Made by a program: the position numbers and the translations under genes. Under the pieces are notes generated by a model, which was not told the DNA's origin, ran no database searches, and was given only the letters and a program-made list of their open reading frames with translations. Below are positions 27,901 through 37,086 of a stretch of DNA of 64,000 nt, in pieces (position 1 is the stretch's first letter; each line of letters starts with the position of its first letter). Source of the stretch: a virus; IMG/VR virus record IMGVR_UViG_3300035698_017497, positions 61,757 to 125,756 of that record; one strand, written 5' to 3'.

Positions 27901-30438
27901 GTTGCTATTCCGTCATCATCCGGATTGCTCGGAATAAATATATACATCAATAAAGATCTTACTAATGATGAGCTTGACTTTTCATCATTAAAGAATATCC
28001 CAGACTTGACGACGTATATTGGAACCGCAGATCACCCAGTCAGAGTCATTGTTCCTAATGGAGACGAATCGTCAAATGTAAACCTTAGGCATGATGGAAA
28101 AACTGGAGGGGTGACTTTAACAAACTGCAGACTAGATGTTCCTAAACATACAATTATAGAGGGCATACATTTTGATGGAATAAAATCTGGAGACAGCGAA
28201 ATTGTATCAGTCAGGTCCGGCGTCAAGGTTTCAAACTGTATGTTTGAAAATATGCCTGACTCAGACGCTCAGGATGAGAATGTTGCAATAAGAATAGACT
28301 CAATGCCATTTGAATATATCTTTGCGTCATTAGCATCTCTTGATTATAAGATATTTTATGCAGGCGCAGGACATGTCAGGAATTGCGTGTTTAATAATGT
28401 GCAGGGCTATTGCGTAAATATTAACCAGTCTGTCGACTCTACGTTCAGGGATTACCTTAATGTAAATAATAATACTATGTATAATTGTAAGCATGGAGTT
28501 AAGGCTGAACCTGTAGACGACGCTTCATCTATGATGATTGTTCTAGCGTACAACAACGTCTTAAGCTTAATGTCTAAAACTTCATTTAGCGCAGGCAATA
28601 GACATACTCCAGCTTTGCTATGTAAAAACAATATAGACTGTTCTGATTCTGCAGATGACTTCCTTACGCATCCAGGATTCGAGTACTATGTTGACGACAC
28701 TAAGCTTCAGTCTCCTTACAATTTTACCAATGTCAACCCTGTGTTTAGAAATGTTGCTGAGAATGATTTTAATCCTCACCCGTGGTACGATACAGAGATG
28801 ATAGATAATAGCTGTAAGGATAACGATACGCTTGGACAGAGTCCCTTTAGCGATGACATAGCAGGACAAGAGCGTGGGGTCCTTAAAACTATTGGAGCTT
28901 TTGATTCCGATGATATAGTTGGGTACGCTGAGATCTTAGTAGGCGATATTGATCTTGAATCAACATCGTATGTGACTCAAGGCAGCTCGGAGATTAATAT
29001 TTATCTTAGGCAGCCTGTAGATATAGGCGGGAGCGTTTACGAACCAAACTACATACCCTCAATTAGTCAAACTTATCAGTTTATGAAGATATCGGAAGTT
29101 AACAATGCTCTAATTGATAATCCAAATATAAATATAGTTATACATGTTGAAGGTGGATTTAATTTTCCAGCATATAGCATTTTCCCAACTGACGACGCTA
29201 CATTTAACTTTTTTAATAGGCCAGACAGCACAGTTACTATAAAAACATACGAGCCCGAGCTGCTGACAAATGGAGCCGCTGGAATAGAATACCGTAGCTC
29301 ATTAATAGACAACCAGTCACTTGTAAAAAAAGTCTCTTTTGAACAGATTAAGATATTCCAGAGTAATGACATACTTCCAGTGGAAGTCTCTGAGTATATG
29401 ATACCTGAGCTTGATGATGTTGATGGATTAGAGTTTATAAATTCAATAGTTCAATTTTATACAGGCATAACGCCTACAACTGTTGTGACTCCAGTTTTCA
29501 TAACAAACTCTTTGCTGATATGCGAAAGCCCAACCGCTACGATTTATTTAACAGGATCAGAGGGCGGGAGTTTTGGGATGGTAAATAGTTTAGTAATATT
29601 CTATTCTGCGCTCACTCCAGAAATAAATTACTCAGATAAAGTTGCAGCGTTTTATGTTCGAAAAGTTAATATGTATAATTACGGTGACGGAGACGTGACT
29701 GTCCCGGTATCTTCTAAGTATGACCAGGTAGTAGTAGATGTGAATCCAATGCTAAGAACTAGTATAGAGCTTGGTGACAATACTAGATTACTGATAGATG
29801 AAGACATGAGCCAGTTTCCGAACTCAACACTGGTAGACTCTGGTGTTAATTCGTACTACGATGGTGGCGATATTGATATTGCCGGCAATCAAAGAATATT
29901 TCAAAGTAGGACAATTGATATCGGTCCATTCGAAGCAGAGAATCCTGTAATATTATTTAGTGATAAAAATATTTTAAAAATGTTTCAGGACAAATTGATT
30001 AGAGATGGGGAAGTAATTTACTCACCGTTGCTAGGCTCAAGATATTTAGATATGCATGAGAGAACTGACGGACTGTACGACACTGTAATTGAACAGAACA
30101 GCGCATGGGACGAATATCTTAGAGGATCAAAAATCATCATACAGCTTAATGATAATATTTCTAATTATGAGATTATAACAGACAAAACTCATATAGAGGT
30201 AGGATCCTTCGAAGCATACTATGATATAGGCGAAAGAACTATTGCGTTTAAGAAAACTGGAGAGGTATTAAAAACACTTTTAAAAGCTCCGTACAATAAT
30301 GGTAGGTATGTATATTCTTATAGTGCATTCAGTCGCCAGTTAGTAATTTATATTAATAATACATATTACAAAGGCTCTTCAGGAGTTAGGAATAAAATTT
30401 CCAAACATAAGTTTGGTGGAAATCCAGTTGTAGCATAA
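21952..30438 (+). CDS. Giant (2828 aa) multi-module parallel beta-helix tail spike/adhesin
   Basis: Beta-helix strands (IANNII, ITHNTI, VNNNTM), repeated 'DIxG...GAx' caps and about five ~400-aa modules. Confidence 0.7.
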   Translation: MFKNPTLNNISILPIHNSNFCSFENLSEQIYFSVGSAGDMFDHSGSDNSHVYDGVISFDINQIHQSVGIGDKITMDNGDIYYIKGIVDSRSWKVGVVDGSRPSDSTDLSVVSVEKAYNGIGDAIDSIERIITNDFATSVDLQDERTIVNIACYDIDDSVTKGISFSNQITMGAAGYIRIFNPHVEGVECIRSQKHNGHLESGKYNLTLNTDSVGGTSIGISLSDYAEIDGMYIIDSSENSDYTISLSSGSKILRSYIDATIAKSNACLNSTDGTTVPGIVAYNTIDSSNYTVVLNDLALSTSDYYETWFLNNTIINAVTGINCGHADSIIARCLLQSCSTASVAHVDTSNIYDTTTGDTTVPASLGNVQSETIPFQTDYILNDVCGSALTATPTEPFEVEYANLKTDIFGNLMSLPGRGSHRYVSRRIYGVGESSADIKTGSPTVDISSGVLTFSTPQTHADVTSGYIVTLSGVDNVILHEQISSDSWLVAKHGYADKYAPADGTSITVTSITPETTSLYTAKETYIELVNVHTLDIRLVINCVSGVSNGLLDFYGSAIIPDVYKYSPDQYSEIRKDIDREFIITGGSNYSDIIWISSFANLRFTNLIFANCNTAITITSTPNIKITGCEFRDCNSDAIRDYGAVTVPCGGVLIANNIIRDCKGYAINIVDSDSPAVNPYSSYHITHNTIAKCKNGIRIAVKNLGRDSYTIMNNIIVDCGDSAIDADMSPLSYGAYSGNYSDDESILQLGELNSALENQVKFSQRVDTPYVVDTAYEATNMSVKPILNKEKFDFSTGILEKNRNDVIYCAGAYAFTIENHRFMSVRKDPLTASYSTGDVELKNSILTFDTTPSTELVIGDKVTFTDEAVSVYLASKINAYSWVVVDNTGNLYSADIEPSGTTTISEVSDDLKNAIDTDFASEFVSPASLDSKITIAIASSSVAYSHDGVEIPALWNTTSENRLVIKTPVDTFTECNSAHRHDNTTDAPLGEIRITNGETYGILIEASFVDIEGLNITRDASNISALEGIRLSDTAAYCCVTKNLIHNITDGIVQEYSVSTVMGAIIDMNTTLSIDDEAFQISDGTAEFNTAIDTGGNAYTLNAKAKLANSTSINTVGYSLVQIDDSQAISCIFDGTIIGYSSGYKLPAMYNTNCIESVTAVTQNADINNPTTGKFHRYDFDHTYAATPVYSNEATDIAGNYIKEFSKGSDQPDEDTIEMLYSYGYQTDFLSGGSSNGTISGGILTFSDVTNFDADPRFGAGHVVKMSGGDEVYLQRRVKPFYNTQWVVKDLHGETPDDLSIEAVSSIEYAVYSDIVAANNGRVFDSYHANTAHSLSRKLSTGHSQPFHPRNARMVVIAIVYPSDKISGNYGYPFQTTEAVLGAGSMTTKDHYFKLTTSYDYIWMSNYNVRYLNDSIGGIYSNNNILGNTVTPADGTVVKVAADYTVVEGLKMIYSSIQIANASECKIDGCLVYDTISATNMLEPCIANYYSGRWYQHAGLTQKFYEVSTISSIWNTVYGNSTNNGGVVSMDVDDVYYSIIDPANTSNIVEVEAMPTSSNYNIGFKYSESVTPTTAEFNVDYVDDEYAKITYDFNTVDGTPVSTYKEILIRLKFGQPIRLRLAVKADAYNGNGYFSLDKSGSYNLIAQIKVNGEWFTISDDAILAISDNDFEVKTTNSGFNEFDFASNVVATTFVTTFLKPGTTYNLGSMEKAYISSCLAMAGYYGCIMSGGRDIVYNCTAKLPTASAAFVYHYKDKLVNCYGEGISGLNTSFYPAIEYEATIHHCIASDSWLDSYIDSDNTLQCFGDYVNYNALYGNFVHGFNQRDQFLNSSGVDLSRDPDYPIQRSINGSEFDDGRNWPMGSVSQNRTNAVIIKVSVGDTSDDFGSGGTCTLKVAPITDIVQHTGYTAVTFDTPQTDVLLTAGMKVEISGWGNTTLPIYLSKKISNTVWECHTVSGLGDAGASGEFSGTVLSIKPMYDNLSDVAIPSSSGLLGINIYINKDLTNDELDFSSLKNIPDLTTYIGTADHPVRVIVPNGDESSNVNLRHDGKTGGVTLTNCRLDVPKHTIIEGIHFDGIKSGDSEIVSVRSGVKVSNCMFENMPDSDAQDENVAIRIDSMPFEYIFASLASLDYKIFYAGAGHVRNCVFNNVQGYCVNINQSVDSTFRDYLNVNNNTMYNCKHGVKAEPVDDASSMMIVLAYNNVLSLMSKTSFSAGNRHTPALLCKNNIDCSDSADDFLTHPGFEYYVDDTKLQSPYNFTNVNPVFRNVAENDFNPHPWYDTEMIDNSCKDNDTLGQSPFSDDIAGQERGVLKTIGAFDSDDIVGYAEILVGDIDLESTSYVTQGSSEINIYLRQPVDIGGSVYEPNYIPSISQTYQFMKISEVNNALIDNPNINIVIHVEGGFNFPAYSIFPTDDATFNFFNRPDSTVTIKTYEPELLTNGAAGIEYRSSLIDNQSLVKKVSFEQIKIFQSNDILPVEVSEYMIPELDDVDGLEFINSIVQFYTGITPTTVVTPVFITNSLLICESPTATIYLTGSEGGSFGMVNSLVIFYSALTPEINYSDKVAAFYVRKVNMYNYGDGDVTVPVSSKYDQVVVDVNPMLRTSIELGDNTRLLIDEDMSQFPNSTLVDSGVNSYYDGGDIDIAGNQRIFQSRTIDIGPFEAENPVILFSDKNILKMFQDKLIRDGEVIYSPLLGSRYLDMHERTDGLYDTVIEQNSAWDEYLRGSKIIIQLNDNISNYEIITDKTHIEVGSFEAYYDIGERTIAFKKTGEVLKTLLKAPYNNGRYVYSYSAFSRQLVIYINNTYYKGSSGVRNKISKHKFGGNPVVA

Positions 30439-30449
30439 AGGAGAGTTCG

Positions 30450-33400
30450 GTGAAGTTTATCAATAATAATATCGGAGATAGTGTTCAACGATCTATTGTA
30501 GAATTTAAAGATACCACCGGGCATACATCATCTCTGTCGGCGTCTGGATACGCTACCGATAAAATTAAATGGGGATCCTCATTCTTACACAAAATAAAAG
30601 GTGATACAGTATCAAATGGCAACATGCTGTATGTTGACTACATAGACCATAACCAGTATATTTTATCTGAATACCAGAATGTCCCATATTTTGACACTTT
30701 TATATCTAAAAATAAAAGCGTAAAGATGTCTAGTTTAGCTAAAGAGGCGGATCGCAAAACTTACAATGCTGCAGCAGATGTAAGTAATTTAGATGGTGCG
30801 GTTAGGTATGAAAATTCAGAAGGTTGGGCATGGCATTCTGATGATATATATATAGAAACTGAAGCTGGGCACGACAGGATAGTTCAGCATAAATTGCATC
30901 ACAAGTATAAGACTTCTCCTGCTACATATTCGGTTATATTACCGCAACACTTAGAGGAAATATACTCCGTAGAAGCAGGATATAGCGCAAGCAAAGCTGT
31001 GGTATACAACTCGATAGGGTCTTCATTCTACCCTGATTCTCCTTGGTTTTCTTACGAGTCTAGCTCTTTTAAGTCTACTGATGGATCAGCCTCCTTAATC
31101 TTAAGTGAGTTTATTCCTGAGGTACCTGTTGGCGGAGACTCTACTGACGTTATTGTGAACCTATCTATACAGCCACACGAATTTGAGTCGATGATATTTG
31201 CAGAACTGTCTCTTAAGTGGGAATACCAAAGCGACAACCTTCAAGACGTTTTAAATGGAAATCTGAAAACTCCAATAATATCGCAGTTTAACAATACGCT
31301 TATAAATTATACTAACTGTATTGCCAGAACATCAAATGAAGACGATCATACTGGAATAATACATATAGCGCAATACAAGATGGATGGTAAGATTTATTTA
31401 CCAAAAACTAATATTAACTTTATATCAACAGCTTCTACCGCAGGTGTCCTAAGCTTGCCAAAGGCTGAGAAGTTAATGTTTAGAATGGCGCAAGGCACAG
31501 GCGAGGGCGGATCTAGAAATCTTGGAAGTTCTGGCTTTTTCCAAAATGGCATCAATATGTTTATAGAAAGACATAAGTGTTATTCTGCGACTACAACCGT
31601 TCATCCGTATCACAAGACTGCTCCAATTGCTAATGGAGATATTGTAGATTACACCCTAGTGACTAGCGAAGGCCTTGCTCCTTCTGGCGTATTTCAAAGC
31701 AGATATCTTAAAATAACAGCAAGGCAAAGTACTGTAGATGATTTAGGAAAATACCTTGATAAGCAAGAGTATAATACTGATATAATACAAAGCCTAAAAT
31801 TTTCTTTCAATGATAATGTTTACAATGTTGGTGATGAATATTGGAATCTTGGAGACATTACATGGAACAGGATTGACAGAGATATATCACATGTTATGTA
31901 TCATGATACCCAAAGATATCCTTGGGGTTCAAGAGATAGATGGGGAGCTCCACTATCGTATCCTTACGTAACTAGATTATTGCTTGAATTCGATTCTACT
32001 ATCGGGCTTAATAACGAAAAGTATGATAAATTTGTAATAGCTGGGGTGGGCGAGCAGAGTCAGGATGTATCTATATCTAGCCCGGCTACTATAATGTATT
32101 TGACCAATAACGGAGCTTCAAATGCAGATATAGAATGGGAAGAGAGAACTATAGATACTGACATAATGGATATTACATCCGTTGGAGAACACGAATTATT
32201 TAGACCAATGATACAGATGCCTAGGGTTCAGGGGTTTATTAAAATACTTAGAAAGAGTAACCTTGCAGCACATAAGGCTAAGAAGTTGCGCAACGGCAAG
32301 ATTGAAGTTTATTATGAGATTGAAATACCATGGAGCTGCGGTGGAACTTATATAAAGAGCGGAAGTAACGGTCAAGAATACCAGGGACAGATATTATATA
32401 CTTCTGAGTACATGAATGCCGGATCAGAAGAAAAAGACGCATACGGACTAAAGACTATATATAACGAGCGCCCTTTGTATACTGGTGCTGAGCTTGTAAA
32501 AAATCCAGAGATATTTTACAACGCATGGGGCCACGACGTAAGTACTTACCCAGACAGATACAGCGATTTGGGAGATACCCCACTGGCAATGGTTCATGTT
32601 ATGGCGCAGGCCTCTGCTGTTGCTATAGCTCCCAACGTAACAGATCCTGGACTTCTAACTGGAGCCCCTGAGGGCACCGAACTTGAGCTTGTAACTATTA
32701 CCCCTGGAAGTGTTGACCACGTTGCTTTTGACGACACCGAGACTCTTGATGGATATGCTCATGACTATGTTTTTTGTATTACTCCAGACCATAGGCACTA
32801 CCTTACCAGCGATAGTAGCGATGAGATGCGTGATGGTAAGCCGGCGCTAGTAGGAGAATTTGATTTAAGTACATTGAACCAAGTGGACCAAGTAGGCGTG
32901 AAAAATCATGCAGCCATTCCTGACACTAAAAGATGGATAAAGACTTCTGCATCTGTTCAGATGATAGCTAAAAAAATGACACATATAGGAGATTTTCTGG
33001 ATGACGGCGAACCTTATTTTAGCCATCTTCCTGATAGAAATTCGGTATCAACCAATGTTTGGTTTGAATCGCAAACGACACCATTTCCAATATTGCCAGA
33101 TACTGATACTGACCCAGACACTACAAATAAGTTTCTTGAGAATGGGAAAAATTCAGGAACTGCAATGTATAGAATAGAGGGAGTTGAAGCTCTTCCTATA
33201 CTCGAGGGGTGGAATACTGACACGCTTAAATGGGACAGGTTATCGGAACAGAAGTTTGATATGTTCCAGAGCCTTGGAGATTCTCTGCTTGATGGAGTGT
33301 TTTTACAAGAAGGCTCAAGTGCTGGTGTTGGAATTATAAAGCAATATTTATTAAGATATAAAGATCCTGACGAGACAGCAACTCAAAGATTTTTATTTCC

Positions 33401-34019
33401 TGGGGATGTTGAGACTTTCGATGATGTTAGAAGCTTTAAGGATATAGTCCTGAACGGGAATGTTAATGACCTGCACTTGTTGGATACTTACACCAACAGG
33501 ATGTATCCAATAATTTTAATAACTGGATCAAATGGGACTGAAAAATTAGGACCAACACCCAACGTTTATCACGAGGTTATGGTATATATTAGAAGCCTAC
33601 ACCACGATGAGATAGAAATAGTTCCAAACGTTGATGTTCCTACATCGTGGGCTGGAGAAAGATATTCACTTGTTTCAAAAAATCATAATGATAAATACGC
33701 AACAACTCTACACTCTGTGTCTGATTATAGGTCGGTTAATATAACTGAATATACTGATATTTTATCTAAAATGTATAGCAGCTTCAGGGTTAGGTCTAAT
33801 ATTGCAAGCGACAATGTGATAGCAGTATCCCGCGATGTAGACAGTGAGACTATGGTGTTCCGGGATACGAGCGAAACTTTCGGGTCAGGAATTATTGATG
33901 ACAATATGCCAGCAAAGGGCTCTTTCGCTACGGGATACGAGTATTTTCCTGAAAATATAGAAATTGACGCAGTAGTGACCATGTTGGCTGTAAATAATTT
34001 TCGTATGATATCCAAGTAA
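30450..34019 (+). CDS. Large hypothetical virion protein
   Basis: 1189-aa ORF, GTG start with AAGGAG RBS. Confidence 0.6.
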   Translation: MKFINNNIGDSVQRSIVEFKDTTGHTSSLSASGYATDKIKWGSSFLHKIKGDTVSNGNMLYVDYIDHNQYILSEYQNVPYFDTFISKNKSVKMSSLAKEADRKTYNAAADVSNLDGAVRYENSEGWAWHSDDIYIETEAGHDRIVQHKLHHKYKTSPATYSVILPQHLEEIYSVEAGYSASKAVVYNSIGSSFYPDSPWFSYESSSFKSTDGSASLILSEFIPEVPVGGDSTDVIVNLSIQPHEFESMIFAELSLKWEYQSDNLQDVLNGNLKTPIISQFNNTLINYTNCIARTSNEDDHTGIIHIAQYKMDGKIYLPKTNINFISTASTAGVLSLPKAEKLMFRMAQGTGEGGSRNLGSSGFFQNGINMFIERHKCYSATTTVHPYHKTAPIANGDIVDYTLVTSEGLAPSGVFQSRYLKITARQSTVDDLGKYLDKQEYNTDIIQSLKFSFNDNVYNVGDEYWNLGDITWNRIDRDISHVMYHDTQRYPWGSRDRWGAPLSYPYVTRLLLEFDSTIGLNNEKYDKFVIAGVGEQSQDVSISSPATIMYLTNNGASNADIEWEERTIDTDIMDITSVGEHELFRPMIQMPRVQGFIKILRKSNLAAHKAKKLRNGKIEVYYEIEIPWSCGGTYIKSGSNGQEYQGQILYTSEYMNAGSEEKDAYGLKTIYNERPLYTGAELVKNPEIFYNAWGHDVSTYPDRYSDLGDTPLAMVHVMAQASAVAIAPNVTDPGLLTGAPEGTELELVTITPGSVDHVAFDDTETLDGYAHDYVFCITPDHRHYLTSDSSDEMRDGKPALVGEFDLSTLNQVDQVGVKNHAAIPDTKRWIKTSASVQMIAKKMTHIGDFLDDGEPYFSHLPDRNSVSTNVWFESQTTPFPILPDTDTDPDTTNKFLENGKNSGTAMYRIEGVEALPILEGWNTDTLKWDRLSEQKFDMFQSLGDSLLDGVFLQEGSSAGVGIIKQYLLRYKDPDETATQRFLFPGDVETFDDVRSFKDIVLNGNVNDLHLLDTYTNRMYPIILITGSNGTEKLGPTPNVYHEVMVYIRSLHHDEIEIVPNVDVPTSWAGERYSLVSKNHNDKYATTLHSVSDYRSVNITEYTDILSKMYSSFRVRSNIASDNVIAVSRDVDSETMVFRDTSETFGSGIIDDNMPAKGSFATGYEYFPENIEIDAVVTMLAVNNFRMISK

Positions 34020-34088
34020 CAGTTGAGTTAAAAATGAGATTGATTTATTTTTATATAGTATAATACAAACCTGCTCTTAGAGGTATAA

Positions 34089-35234
34089 ATGATTTCGAGA
34101 TCAAGACCTATATCTGGACACCTTACGGATAGCGCCGGAAACATCCTTACAGGTTCAAAAGTTGACGTTAAGATGGTTACTCCAACAGGCAACGTAACTG
34201 TCGACAGTGTTATTGTAAATAACAGCGGATACTTTGTAACTACCCCACTTCCAAACGGGCAATACAACATTTATAGTACTGGTATTTTGATATCATCGAT
34301 ATTCCATTACCATAATCAGTCAGTGCCATGCTATAAGCCTGATGACGCTAATATGAATTTAACAATATTAAGAAATTTCTCAGATTTTGCTGACGACTTA
34401 AAAGCTTCTGAGTATAAGATTTTCTTGCAGCTTGACGGAGAGTATCCACTGCACAATCTTGATGATATTACCGCTCTCGATATAGATGATTCTGGAAATC
34501 CAGGAGATCTTGATTCAGCATGGAACTTTTTTCAGTTGGCGAATTACTCCACCGAGGGAGCTTCGTTTACAACAACAAGATTTAATATTGAGTATTCATG
34601 GGATAGCGAGTATAGCAGAAGATCTAAAAGGAATATATTATGGGCCTCTGTTCCTGGAATAAAGTATGGAGAAAATCTTCCGGTAGTTATTCCGATTGAC
34701 TACTATTCAATTATATTAAGAAATCCTTATACGTACAAGTTCGGGGTATTCGGAACTCCAACTGGAGTTATAGGAGACTATATAGAATGGGACTCCTCTC
34801 TTGGTACTACTAGATTAAAAATAACGGAGGGAGTGCTTCCGTCAGAGCTCGACACTGAGCTGTTTGACAATTCAGTGCTTGGAACGATTGTCAAGATACA
34901 GAGTGACGAGTGGACCCTTGGTGATTTCTACGGAATAATAGCTAAGAAGGAAGTTGCATCATCTGTATCAACCGTATACATAGAGCCACTAAGAAGCTCT
35001 AGATTTATGACATCAGACGATGTCACTACTCCAAACTCGTGGGGTGGAAATAACAGGGATTTTGCTTTTGGAAATAAGATAGGCATTCAATTCTTTGATG
35101 GGTTACAGAAATCATTCCTAAACCTTTCTGGCGATGTTAATATGAGGTTCAGTGTTACTGAAGTTCCATGCTCACACGCAGGTCTTGATGATACTAGTGA
35201 GCATTATACTTACGATCTATCCTCATCAATTTAA
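34089..35234 (+). CDS. Virion protein with N-terminal carboxypeptidase-regulatory-like (prealbumin-fold) domain
   Basis: 'ISGHLTDSAGNILTGSKVDV...NSGYF...LPNGQYNI'; GAGG RBS; TATAAT upstream. Confidence 0.6.
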   Translation: MISRSRPISGHLTDSAGNILTGSKVDVKMVTPTGNVTVDSVIVNNSGYFVTTPLPNGQYNIYSTGILISSIFHYHNQSVPCYKPDDANMNLTILRNFSDFADDLKASEYKIFLQLDGEYPLHNLDDITALDIDDSGNPGDLDSAWNFFQLANYSTEGASFTTTRFNIEYSWDSEYSRRSKRNILWASVPGIKYGENLPVVIPIDYYSIILRNPYTYKFGVFGTPTGVIGDYIEWDSSLGTTRLKITEGVLPSELDTELFDNSVLGTIVKIQSDEWTLGDFYGIIAKKEVASSVSTVYIEPLRSSRFMTSDDVTTPNSWGGNNRDFAFGNKIGIQFFDGLQKSFLNLSGDVNMRFSVTEVPCSHAGLDDTSEHYTYDLSSSI

Positions 35235-35243
35235 GGATTACTA

Positions 35244-36167
35244 ATGAGACATGTTAATGTTCAGGTTGGAATAAAGGAAAGGATGAATGATATCCTTGGG
35301 TATCATACTGATGACGATCCAGACGGATTGACTTCATGGTCTATACAAAAAATTATAAACGATAACCTGAAGAGAATTGGCAAAGGACTGACGTTTAACA
35401 ACTCACGTGGATGCGTTCTGAGTGGAATGTCTATTACCGGCACTACTGGAGACGTAACCATAGGATCTGGCGTAGGAGTGACTAAGAGTGGTAATTTTAT
35501 AGCACTTGACAATTCTATAATATCAGGACTCAATATTGCTAGTTACCCTGGAGCTGTAGGCGAGAATGTATATGTTTTAATGAGATACAAGAAAGAGAAG
35601 TCAACAACTGGACACTCTGCAAATATACAAAATGGTAGCGCTGAGCTGATCGAGTATGACGAGTACACTCATACGGTAGCATCGCCAGATGGAACATATT
35701 TCATTAGATGGGAAACTGATCCTGTTATAGACGATGATGATCTTTTGGTTGGAATAATGTCATATGATGGTTCAGACTACACTGGCGCTATGAATTACCC
35801 GGCACTTGGAACCTTAGACCCTGGACCCATGTCATATGGTGATGCTGAATTTACTGGCACCGTAACGATCGAGACTCTTATCGTTAATACGTTGACATCA
35901 TTTATAAACAGCCTCTCTACTAACAATTTTACCGTTACTGGAACAACAACATTAGGATCTACACTTAACGCTAATGGAAACAATTACTTAAACGGAAATA
36001 CCCAGATTAATGGTAATCTTTTAATAAATAATAACATACTGATACCACACTTGGGAGGGTTTGTTACACCATGGGTAGGCGACATTGTTATCGTTGACAA
36101 CGCCGGAGCTACTCATACCATAGTAATGTATCAGGGTTTAATCAGAAGCCATACCGTTGTTCCGTAA
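35244..36167 (+). CDS. Short fibre-like protein, paralog 1
   Basis: N-terminus MRHVNVQVGIKERMNDILG and C-terminus GDIVIVDNAGATHT are shared with the next ORF. Confidence 0.65.
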   Translation: MRHVNVQVGIKERMNDILGYHTDDDPDGLTSWSIQKIINDNLKRIGKGLTFNNSRGCVLSGMSITGTTGDVTIGSGVGVTKSGNFIALDNSIISGLNIASYPGAVGENVYVLMRYKKEKSTTGHSANIQNGSAELIEYDEYTHTVASPDGTYFIRWETDPVIDDDDLLVGIMSYDGSDYTGAMNYPALGTLDPGPMSYGDAEFTGTVTIETLIVNTLTSFINSLSTNNFTVTGTTTLGSTLNANGNNYLNGNTQINGNLLINNNILIPHLGGFVTPWVGDIVIVDNAGATHTIVMYQGLIRSHTVVP

Positions 36168-36187
36168 ATAATAAAGGGTTGTTCTAA

Positions 36188-37054
36188 ATGAAACATGTTA
36201 ATACTCAAATAGGCATCAAAGAGAGAATGAACGATATTCTAGGGTCTCATTCTGACGATACACCATTGGCATTGACCTCGTGGTCTATACAAGCTGCCAT
36301 GCTTGAGAACCTGAAGCGTCTAGGTCAGGCTTTAACTTTTGACAATCCTGCCGGTGGAGTTCTTGGCAAGGCTGAGTTTGTGCATTCTAGTGACGAATTT
36401 AAGGTTAACGTAGTCGGGGCATTTTTCACAAAGGGTGGAAATTTAATATATCCAAATGCTAACGTTGATACAGGATTAGTAACATCGAGTTTTCCTGCCG
36501 GTTCTGGTGGTACGGACTACATAGTCGTGCAATACGTTGAAGCCAAGAGGGGCGATAGTCATAATTCTAATATCCAAAACGAGGCCGGTGTTGAGGGCGT
36601 AGAATATGATGAGTACATTAGAACATTGTCAGGTGGAGATGCCGATGCCTCGGCAATATTTAGATGGCAGAGCACTAGTCCGACTATAGAGGATAATGAA
36701 GCTATAGTGGCTGAAATTACACAAATAGGATCTACCGGTGTTTTTACAATAGTGACTAATAATATGTCAGCAGCATTTAGCGATGTCGATATTTCCGGAG
36801 ATTTAAGTGTTGATGGAGATACAACTGTCGGTGGAGACTCCAGCATTGCAGGCAAGGTATCGGTAGATGGAGGACAAGATTTGCTGGGCTTTTTGGCCCT
36901 TAACGAAACTGATGGTATTAAAATTGGAGATGTAGCTGGAAGCACAGGATATAGCTATGGATTAAATGGTGATATTGTAATAGAAGATAATGCTGGTGTA
37001 ACTCACACGCTTACATTTAAAAGCGGAATCCTTACATGGCATGCAACAAGTTAA
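36188..37054 (+). CDS. Short fibre-like protein, paralog 2
   Basis: N-terminus MKHVNTQIGIKERMNDILG, 'ISGDLSVDGDTTVGG' beta repeats, C-terminus GDIVIEDNAGVTHT. Confidence 0.65.
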   Translation: MKHVNTQIGIKERMNDILGSHSDDTPLALTSWSIQAAMLENLKRLGQALTFDNPAGGVLGKAEFVHSSDEFKVNVVGAFFTKGGNLIYPNANVDTGLVTSSFPAGSGGTDYIVVQYVEAKRGDSHNSNIQNEAGVEGVEYDEYIRTLSGGDADASAIFRWQSTSPTIEDNEAIVAEITQIGSTGVFTIVTNNMSAAFSDVDISGDLSVDGDTTVGGDSSIAGKVSVDGGQDLLGFLALNETDGIKIGDVAGSTGYSYGLNGDIVIEDNAGVTHTLTFKSGILTWHATS

Positions 37055-37086
37055 TTTTTAATAATATAATAAAAGAGGAGCGTGTT

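Noticed and set aside
35244-37054. Similar fibre C-termini as DGR or invertible shufflon cassettes
   Set aside because: Same orientation, divergence mostly at third codon positions, and no invertase or RT nearby.
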